Assembly: GCA_963519285.1 (NCBI GenBank)
Contig: CAUQMR010000001.1
Coordinates: 852 to 64,851, forward strand
Source: an uncultured Candidatus Saccharibacteria bacterium
GTDB taxonomy: Bacteria; Patescibacteriota; Saccharimonadia; Saccharimonadales; Saccharimonadaceae
Reading direction: 5' to 3'
Length of the DNA stretch: 64,000 nt
The translations under genes were made by a program, and so were the position numbers. Position 1 is the stretch's first letter; every line of letters begins with the position of its first letter. The notes under the pieces are model-generated. The model had not been told where the DNA came from and did no database searches. It saw only the letters and a program-made list of their open reading frames with translations. Positions 57,505-64,000 of this stretch are shown one piece after another.

Positions 57505-58052
57505 GGTTTCACCTTCTTTAAATAATACTTAAGTTCCATGATACTGCCGCGAATATCCTCCAGCGCCCGATGATCCTCTGGCTTGGCAAATTTCTTACCA
57601 TATTTGCCCTCAAACACCACTTTCCAAGCACTGACATCCAACATCCGATAGTGTAGTCTTTTTGACAACATAGGCCACCATTGGTCGATAAATCGCCGGT
57701 CTTGATGAATTGAATTACCACCAAGCAAAATCCGTGGCTCATCTGCAAAATGTTCATCGCAAAATGCCAATAATTCACGCTCCACCTCACTCAGCGGCTT
57801 ACCGGACATATTTTGCTCCTCCAAACCGCGCCGCGCTGCTGGATGCTGGTCCCAAAAACTAGCATTTCGGTCCAGTAGCTTACCCAACTTCTCTGGATCA
57901 TGTCGCACCACACCCTCATAGGTCGCAATTTCCGTAAAATCCCAATCCGTAGCGATTGCCGCCACTTCCAAAATCTCATCACGCACTGGATCTAGTCCAG
58001 TCATCTCCAGGTCAATCCATAAAATTTTTTTTGGCTTAAAAGTTACTTTCAT
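57501..58052 (-). CDS. orn: Oligoribonuclease
   Basis: WIDLEMTGLDP, GNSIHQDRRF, LHYRMLDVS, HRALEDIRGS..ELKYY. Confidence 0.96.
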   Translation of the reverse strand: MKVTFKPKKILWIDLEMTGLDPVRDEILEVAAIATDWDFTEIATYEGVVRHDPEKLGKLLDRNASFWDQHPAARRGLEEQNMSGKPLSEVERELLAFCDEHFADEPRILLGGNSIHQDRRFIDQWWPMLSKRLHYRMLDVSAWKVVFEGKYGKKFAKPEDHRALEDIRGSIMELKYYLKKVKP

Positions 58053-58064
58053 ATCTTTATTATA

Positions 58065-59144
58065 CTACTTTTTAGAGTCGTAATAGTCACGAGAAAACTG
58101 CTCTGGCACCTGCTGCAGCAACCGTTCAACAGCGTCATTAAATTTTGCTACACTACCAAGCTCCAGACGATTTTCTCTTTCAGTCAGAAAAACACCAGAT
58201 GCGTTGCCGTCAGAGGGAACAAAATTTGTCCGATTGACTAACTCATAGTATAATTCAGCAGCGCTCATGTCTTCACAACCATATGGCAGCATCCGGTAGG
58301 ACCTCAGATTTTCTACATAGCGTTCAGCTAATTCATCGCTGACCTCTAAAGCCTTATCTAGTTGTAACGTTTGCATGAAATAATCGTCTCTTGGATCGCC
58401 ATAAGTATCATCTGGCAGCTGAACGCTTTTAATACTTACATCGTCAATTCCTTGAACTTGCATATCTGAAAGAAGGCGCACAGCCTTGAGGGCTAATTTG
58501 TTACCAATACGATAGCTATTATCAGGATCGTGCTCAAATACCGTTGGCCTGATAACGTGCTCGGCAGTATCCAACACTGCTTGAGTACTGGCCAACAGCC
58601 TCCAAGTGTCACCGTCCTTGTGTATAAGCACTTGATTGATTGTAAAATCATGCTGCCTCATAAACTCAGCGGTAGAATGCACAGGCTCCGCACCATAGCC
58701 ATTCATTGCATCACGCGGCGAAAAGCGCATTGAAAGATTGCTCGCTACCGCCCAAATCTCATCTGGATCATAATCGCCGCTAGCAATAACTTCTTCTAAA
58801 ATTACCAAATCGACATCGCGAGGAGGTGGTAACTGACGGTCACTGTGTACTAGTGCCTCCAAAACCTGGCGAGCCGCCCCGCCCTTTACACCAATAAATG
58901 ACGGTAGCTCATCTAAATCAAAACCCAAATTAGCCCGCTCAATAGCATCGGCAGGCAACTCATATTCATATATTTCATTGCAGCGAGCTTCCGGGTTACC
59001 GAGTTGCTCACAATCACAGTCTTTTAATTGAAGGTTCGCCACCCCTAAATCCGTATAGTGTTCACCACTATCAAGCATTTGCAGAACACGAGGCTGATGT
59101 ATTTTAGCCTCTATATCGCTCGGGTTCGGGCTTACTTTTTCCAC
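58065..59144 (-). CDS. Divergent class II (CCA-adding/poly(A) polymerase family) nucleotidyltransferase
   Basis: KGGAAR..PRDVDL (motif A), RQHDFTINQ (motif B-like), LKAVRL (motif D-like). Start GTG 59144 or ATG 59168. Confidence 0.65.
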   Translation of the reverse strand: MEKVSPNPSDIEAKIHQPRVLQMLDSGEHYTDLGVANLQLKDCDCEQLGNPEARCNEIYEYELPADAIERANLGFDLDELPSFIGVKGGAARQVLEALVHSDRQLPPPRDVDLVILEEVIASGDYDPDEIWAVASNLSMRFSPRDAMNGYGAEPVHSTAEFMRQHDFTINQVLIHKDGDTWRLLASTQAVLDTAEHVIRPTVFEHDPDNSYRIGNKLALKAVRLLSDMQVQGIDDVSIKSVQLPDDTYGDPRDDYFMQTLQLDKALEVSDELAERYVENLRSYRMLPYGCEDMSAAELYYELVNRTNFVPSDGNASGVFLTERENRLELGSVAKFNDAVERLLQQVPEQFSRDYYDSKK

Positions 59145-59176
59145 ATATACTATTTTAGCATAAATCATTTAAAAAG

Positions 59177-59278
59177 TCAAACGAATACGGTCGGCACCAC
59201 TTCCAAAATCTCATCACGCACTGGATCCAGCCCAGTCATCTCTAGGTCAATCCATAATATTTTTTTCACTTTACTCAT
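59177..59278 (-). pseudogene. orn: Truncated 5' copy of orn (33 codons)
   Basis: MSKVKKILWIDLEMTGLDPVRDEILEVVPTVFV*; 59197-59266 matches 57962-58031 at 66/70 nt. Confidence 0.9.
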
Positions 59279-59297
59279 ATTACCTATTATACACTCG

Positions 59298-61844
59298 TCA
59301 TCTGTTTATTTGACTATAAAAAGCTTCTTGCTGTTCGCTCGTTAATACCTCTTGCACCACAGCCCAAACCTTAGCCTCCGCTTCATGGACATTGTGACTA
59401 TTTACCGCAGACCCGTCTAGGACCTGACGCAATTGACCCTTAGCAATAACTCGCTGATGTTGTAAATCAAACAATACTCTTACTTGTTTATTGGCCCTGT
59501 TTTTCATCGTGTCCACTATCAGAGCGATTTGTTTATCTGTCGTAGCGGGGATTTTTTGCTGCTGTTCTGGACCGATCACTAGTGAGCCAACTTTCGGCTG
59601 CGCCACATGAACTAAATCGCCATTCGGCGCCACCCGGTCACCAAGGAACTCAGGCACGGCACTGTCGCTCAGGGCTTGCGTGATTTGATCCTTCGTCACC
59701 GGCAAAATTGTATTGAGCGTATGTCGACGACCATCATGCGCGTCATACCACCACGGAAAGGCTACTACCAACTTCAGCGCCTCCATCCCCATACGCCGCG
59801 CTAAACTATACGAACTAATTTCGTACTCAGAAATACCACGTTCGCCAGTATGAACATTTCTGTATTGGTTAACTGTTGTTCGACCAATACGTCGACTACC
59901 AACCTTGGCATACAACAACTCTTGAAATCCCCGCAGCAGGGCCACTGATATATTATGTTTTTCTTCACTGTTCAGTTCACCCATATCGACGTCATATGGA
60001 TTAACCTCCAGACGCCGACATATTTTGTTAAATTGATAGTGAATATTATCTGCCTTATTTGGGTCAATACCATTTGCCAGATAAGCACGACCATCAGTGT
60101 GATGACCGTTGTAGATCTCTCTGGTTTTCAAAAAAGCATCGTATTCGGCCAAAAAGTCATCTGTTGTATCGGGGCTGACAAATTCCTGGAACAATTCCTT
60201 TGGTTGGTGCCAAGCAGCAAAGCCACCACCAGAGATAGAAGCCGCCATCGCTGATAGCGCCAACACTTCACGCAAGCTTCCTCCACGTTTAATCATTTCT
60301 GCTAATGCTCGAGATAATTCTGGCGACAATGGTAAATTATCCATAAATTCACCAATTTTTGTAATCCGCCCTTCTTCATCAATTGCCTCCAGCGTTTCCA
60401 ACAAATCGTACGACTCTTGAATAACTTTTTTACTAGCAACAGGATGCATCAAGTACCGGTTCAAGTCTTCAAAATCACCGTTCAAATTGATAGCCGACAA
60501 GACGTTACGCACGATATTGGTGTGATATATCTCCGGTGGGATGTGCTGTTCGCGGGATTTGATGTCGCAGAATCCTTTCAGCTCCTCTGGCAGATAAATC
60601 TTACCGTAAGAAATTGGCCGCGCCAGCACAAACTTTGCACCGTCAATATCACGGCCACCACGCCCCGCCTGTTGCATTAACTCCGCCTGGGTACACAATC
60701 GAGGTGGCAGTCCTTCCGCACCCTCTTCGCCAATTTCTTTACTCTTCGTCAGTCCATTTGACAACACCAAATCAACCTCGGGGATAGTGATGCCAGACTG
60801 TCCAGCCGAGGTTGAAACGATGACAAACGACTCGTCTTCTGCTGGTTCAGCAGTAAAAATCTCTCGGCGCGCAGCTTCTGATATACCAGAGTGTAGTTTG
60901 AAAAATCGTATCCTCCCGGATTGATGGCGGGTGTGACGTTTGATTGACGCAATAGTCTCCTCAATACTTCTCACCCCTTCAACAAAGACCAGTGCTTTTT
61001 TTGAATCCTTACCATATTCAAGATACGCTTCAGATACGGTCCCCACGTTATCTTCTGTAATGTCAATATCATGCGGCCGACCCTCGATGGTTACGACTGG
61101 CAATGCTGATCCATTAATATCTTCGTACATCGCCTGAGAAACTTCCGTGTCAGGCGTCGCACTAGAAAAAGCCATATGCCATTTGTCGGTATTCTCTATC
61201 GATTTTGCCGCCAGGGCCGTAGCAAATTCCATCTCCAAATTGGCTTCATGTATTTCATCAACCAACACCAGCGTTTTCTCACCATGCCAATCACGAGAAA
61301 ATTGTTCCAATTTCTTTGTAAACGTTGCTGCCGTCATGAAACAAAGTCTAGTATCTGGCGTTGCTTCCGTAGCGCGTCCATGAATTTTTCCTACCAAATG
61401 ATCAGGATATTGTTTGCCCAGCTGTTCACGTAAATTCTGCTCGACATATTCAGTAACATTATCGACGATGACCCGCCGCGGCATCAACACCACAACACGA
61501 TCAAACCGCTCGAGTGCATATTGAGCGGTTTGTGTCGTCTTTCCGCTACCCGTCGGTCCGCACAACCAAGATATTTTATTTTCCGATAACGTATCTAATA
61601 TCTCTGCTTTGTGCTTATACGCAGGCAATTCTTTGTTGCCAAGATCATAGTTGGCGAAAGAAGTTTCTGGTAGCTTACTGTACCGTTTCCGTAATTCTTC
61701 AAGGCGCTGTCGCCTCTGTTCAGGTGATTCACCATAACAATACGGCGACCGCCGAGGACCTTCAATATTTCGACTCAACAACTGGCTACTACTAGGCTCT
61801 TTTGGCTTAGGTAAATAGCCCGCCCTCCGGACTCCATCTTTCAC
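59298..61844 (-). CDS. DEAH/RHA-family (HrpA/HrpB-like) helicase
   Basis: GPTGSGKTT, MPRR, DEIHE, SSAT, LHS, SGITIP, QQAGRGGR, and HA2-like LEAID..ITKIG..LPLSPELSR. Confidence 0.88.
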   Translation of the reverse strand: MKDGVRRAGYLPKPKEPSSSQLLSRNIEGPRRSPYCYGESPEQRRQRLEELRKRYSKLPETSFANYDLGNKELPAYKHKAEILDTLSENKISWLCGPTGSGKTTQTAQYALERFDRVVVLMPRRVIVDNVTEYVEQNLREQLGKQYPDHLVGKIHGRATEATPDTRLCFMTAATFTKKLEQFSRDWHGEKTLVLVDEIHEANLEMEFATALAAKSIENTDKWHMAFSSATPDTEVSQAMYEDINGSALPVVTIEGRPHDIDITEDNVGTVSEAYLEYGKDSKKALVFVEGVRSIEETIASIKRHTRHQSGRIRFFKLHSGISEAARREIFTAEPAEDESFVIVSTSAGQSGITIPEVDLVLSNGLTKSKEIGEEGAEGLPPRLCTQAELMQQAGRGGRDIDGAKFVLARPISYGKIYLPEELKGFCDIKSREQHIPPEIYHTNIVRNVLSAINLNGDFEDLNRYLMHPVASKKVIQESYDLLETLEAIDEEGRITKIGEFMDNLPLSPELSRALAEMIKRGGSLREVLALSAMAASISGGGFAAWHQPKELFQEFVSPDTTDDFLAEYDAFLKTREIYNGHHTDGRAYLANGIDPNKADNIHYQFNKICRRLEVNPYDVDMGELNSEEKHNISVALLRGFQELLYAKVGSRRIGRTTVNQYRNVHTGERGISEYEISSYSLARRMGMEALKLVVAFPWWYDAHDGRRHTLNTILPVTKDQITQALSDSAVPEFLGDRVAPNGDLVHVAQPKVGSLVIGPEQQQKIPATTDKQIALIVDTMKNRANKQVRVLFDLQHQRVIAKGQLRQVLDGSAVNSHNVHEAEAKVWAVVQEVLTSEQQEAFYSQINR

Positions 61845-61907
61845 GCTACACTCTCCTTTATAATCACATTGTAGATAGGAGCGTGTAAAATGGCAAACGT
61901 AAGCGTT

Positions 61908-62342
61908 TTAGTCTTTTTTCTTGTCTAATTTATCAAGTTTCAAGAAATGGACAATTGCATAGACTACAAAGGCAACCGCCAGCAAGGTGATCAATGAGCT
62001 GATAAATGCTCCGTACAAAAATTCACCCCGACGTCCAGCGATCTCAACAGTAAATGATGCTGCCTGGAGACCTTGTTGCGAACCAACGATCAACTGTACA
62101 AGCGGGTCGATGAATGCTGTCACCAACTTTTTCACGGTATCACCAGCCGCAGTACCGATCGCCAAACCGACAGCTAGACCAACGACACCCTGCTCACGAA
62201 TAAACATCATAAAGCCGCCGCCATGGCTTTTTACCACGCCTGCTTTTTCTTTTAACGCCGCTACGCTTGGTTTTTTAATAATTGACTTCTTGGTCGTCGT
62301 TTTTTTGACTGCCGCTTTCTTGGCTACTTTTTTCTCCGCCAT
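61908..62342 (-). CDS. mscL: Large-conductance mechanosensitive channel family protein
   Basis: FMMFIREQGVVGLAVGLAIG..LV..IDPL, YGAFISSLI. Confidence 0.88.
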   Translation of the reverse strand: MAEKKVAKKAAVKKTTTKKSIIKKPSVAALKEKAGVVKSHGGGFMMFIREQGVVGLAVGLAIGTAAGDTVKKLVTAFIDPLVQLIVGSQQGLQAASFTVEIAGRRGEFLYGAFISSLITLLAVAFVVYAIVHFLKLDKLDKKKD

Positions 62343-62398
62343 AAAACTCCTTTACGTTAAGTAACACCTTGATTGTACCATATTTAATGTAGAGCGAC

Positions 62399-64000
62399 TT
62401 ATAGCCTCTCTGGCGCTACAATACCCAAAACAGTCAACCCTGCTTTCAAGATATCAGCGTACACCGCCACCAGACCAACGCGGTGCGCTTCTTTGTCGCT
62501 GCCGACGACTTGGTTTTTCTCGTAGTAACGATTGAACTCCTGCGCCAGCTCAAACAGGTAGGCACAAACATGATGCGGTTCCAGACTTTCAGTAGCTCGG
62601 TTAACCGCCTCCGCGTATTCGCTCATTTTCCTGACCAGCAGCCGATCTTCGTCGAATAATTCCGTCGGAAAAGTGGCTGCTTGCTCAGATTTCGCCAAAA
62701 TACCCCGGGCCCGAGCGTGCGCGTATTGCAGGTAGCTACCAGTGTTACCTGTCAAACTAACCGCGTCATTAATGTCAAACACGACATCGCTACCGATTTT
62801 CACTTTCAAGAATTGATAGCGCAGCGCACCCGCCACCACCTCGTCGGTCGGCTCACCGCCAGCTTGCTTGATGGCTTTTTTGAATTCGTTGAACAGCCAA
62901 TCGATAGTAATTACCTCGCCAGTACGCGAACTCATCTTGCCAGTTGTTAATTTAACCAGGCCAGTCGCATAATTAAACAATTTACCTTTCAATTCTGGAA
63001 TTGCCAGTTCACTAGCCGCGATCACCCCGCGGAAATACGCCGCCTGCTCTTCGCCGTTGACCGTAATCGATAAGCCCAAGTTTGGATAATCTTGATGTTT
63101 CAGCTGGATCAGCCCCATATCGTGTGCACCATACAACCCGTTGCCGTGCGAACCGATAAACACATTATCAAACGCACCATACTGGCTGCCCTTGAAAATA
63201 TACGCGCCATCCGACTTCGTAAAGACCTCTGGGGTTTTTGCTTTGATCAAAGCTTTACCTGGCACTTCGGTTTCACTCTCGACGTAGCGCCGCTCAATTG
63301 GCACATTGCCCAGTCGTGCCACATTGGCATCAATTTCATCAAAACTCCAGGCTTTACAAATCTCGTACACCTGCTTATATAGCGGATCGTCCAACTCAAA
63401 TGACTGCTTGGCTAGCTCATCAATTTCCGCTCGTGCCTCTGGTGATTCTTTAGCTGCCCGTGCGCCTTCAACATACATACGGCTCATAAACTCGTTGCGC
63501 TTATCAGCCGGAATAGCGTCTAGTTTGCTGACATCACCGTCAATTTCGCGAAGAATCGCCCACATACTCTTACCGACATGTGTGCCGACGTCGCCGTGGT
63601 AACTCACTCGGTGCACCGATGCACCATCCACCGCCAGCAAATTCGCCATGGTATCTGCCAAGATCGCATTCAAAGCGTGACCGATATGCATGGCTTTGAA
63701 TGGGTTTGGACAATTAGTTTCAATAACGACCGTTTGGCCTGCACGATTGGTCGCCGGCCGCACTTTTAGCGATTCCAGCACCGCTTGGTCGCTTAACGTC
63801 ACGTTGATAAAGCCTGGTCCAGCCACGCTCACCTCGCCCAACTCCTCATGACCACGCAACTCTTCTGCGATCGCCTCGGCAATCTCACGTGGATTTTTAC
63901 CCAAGGGCTTCGCTAGCTGCAGCGCCACATTCGTCGCAAAGTCACCAAACTTTGGATCAGGACGCGTCAACTGCACCGTCGTTTCAATATTAAATAGCTT
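62399..64000 (-). CDS. argS: Arginine--tRNA ligase (5' end lies beyond the window)
   Basis: FGDFATNVA, GPGFIN, PNPFKAMHIGH, KMSSRTG, YLQYAHAR. Confidence 0.97.
   Translation of the reverse strand, partial: KLFNIETTVQLTRPDPKFGDFATNVALQLAKPLGKNPREIAEAIAEELRGHEELGEVSVAGPGFINVTLSDQAVLESLKVRPATNRAGQTVVIETNCPNPFKAMHIGHALNAILADTMANLLAVDGASVHRVSYHGDVGTHVGKSMWAILREIDGDVSKLDAIPADKRNEFMSRMYVEGARAAKESPEARAEIDELAKQSFELDDPLYKQVYEICKAWSFDEIDANVARLGNVPIERRYVESETEVPGKALIKAKTPEVFTKSDGAYIFKGSQYGAFDNVFIGSHGNGLYGAHDMGLIQLKHQDYPNLGLSITVNGEEQAAYFRGVIAASELAIPELKGKLFNYATGLVKLTTGKMSSRTGEVITIDWLFNEFKKAIKQAGGEPTDEVVAGALRYQFLKVKIGSDVVFDINDAVSLTGNTGSYLQYAHARARGILAKSEQAATFPTELFDEDRLLVRKMSEYAEAVNRATESLEPHHVCAYLFELAQEFNRYYEKNQVVGSDKEAHRVGLVAVYADILKAGLTVLGIVAPERL

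Noticed and set aside
1..64000. Alternative genetic code (UGA=Gly as in Gracilibacteria/Absconditabacteria)
   Set aside because: Conserved genes are full length under code 11, and several (miaA, dnaG, orn, mutM) end at TGA at the expected position.

Overview
A densely coded, mostly minus-strand bacterial chromosomal segment using the standard genetic code. The compact housekeeping genes, near absence of biosynthesis genes, monoderm-type type IV pilus locus without a secretin, and sortase suggest a Candidatus Saccharibacteria (TM7/Patescibacteria) genome; this taxonomic call is inference. The window holds the 5' end of RNase P RNA, a compact 6S RNA, three tRNAs (Val-GAC, Thr-CGT, Arg-CCT), a T-box leader on thrS, translation/replication/RNA-decay genes, and a ~14 kb type IV pilus cluster. 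Most notable: (1) a DEAH RNA helicase / divergent CCA-PAP-family nucleotidyltransferase / oligoribonuclease block, where the nucleotidyltransferase lies between two copies of the orn 5' end (an insertion scar); (2) a palindromic element inserted in frame in mutM; (3) pervasive leaderless gene architecture, including a perfect 22-bp palindrome made of two back-to-back promoters; (4) a GC-richer Rrf2 + YhgE/Pip pair with a perfect 18-bp operator-like palindrome; (5) an apparently truncated Thr T-box; (6) an orphan prephenate dehydratase; (7) a primase lacking all canonical Zn ligands. All calls come from motif recognition by eye; no database searches were run.
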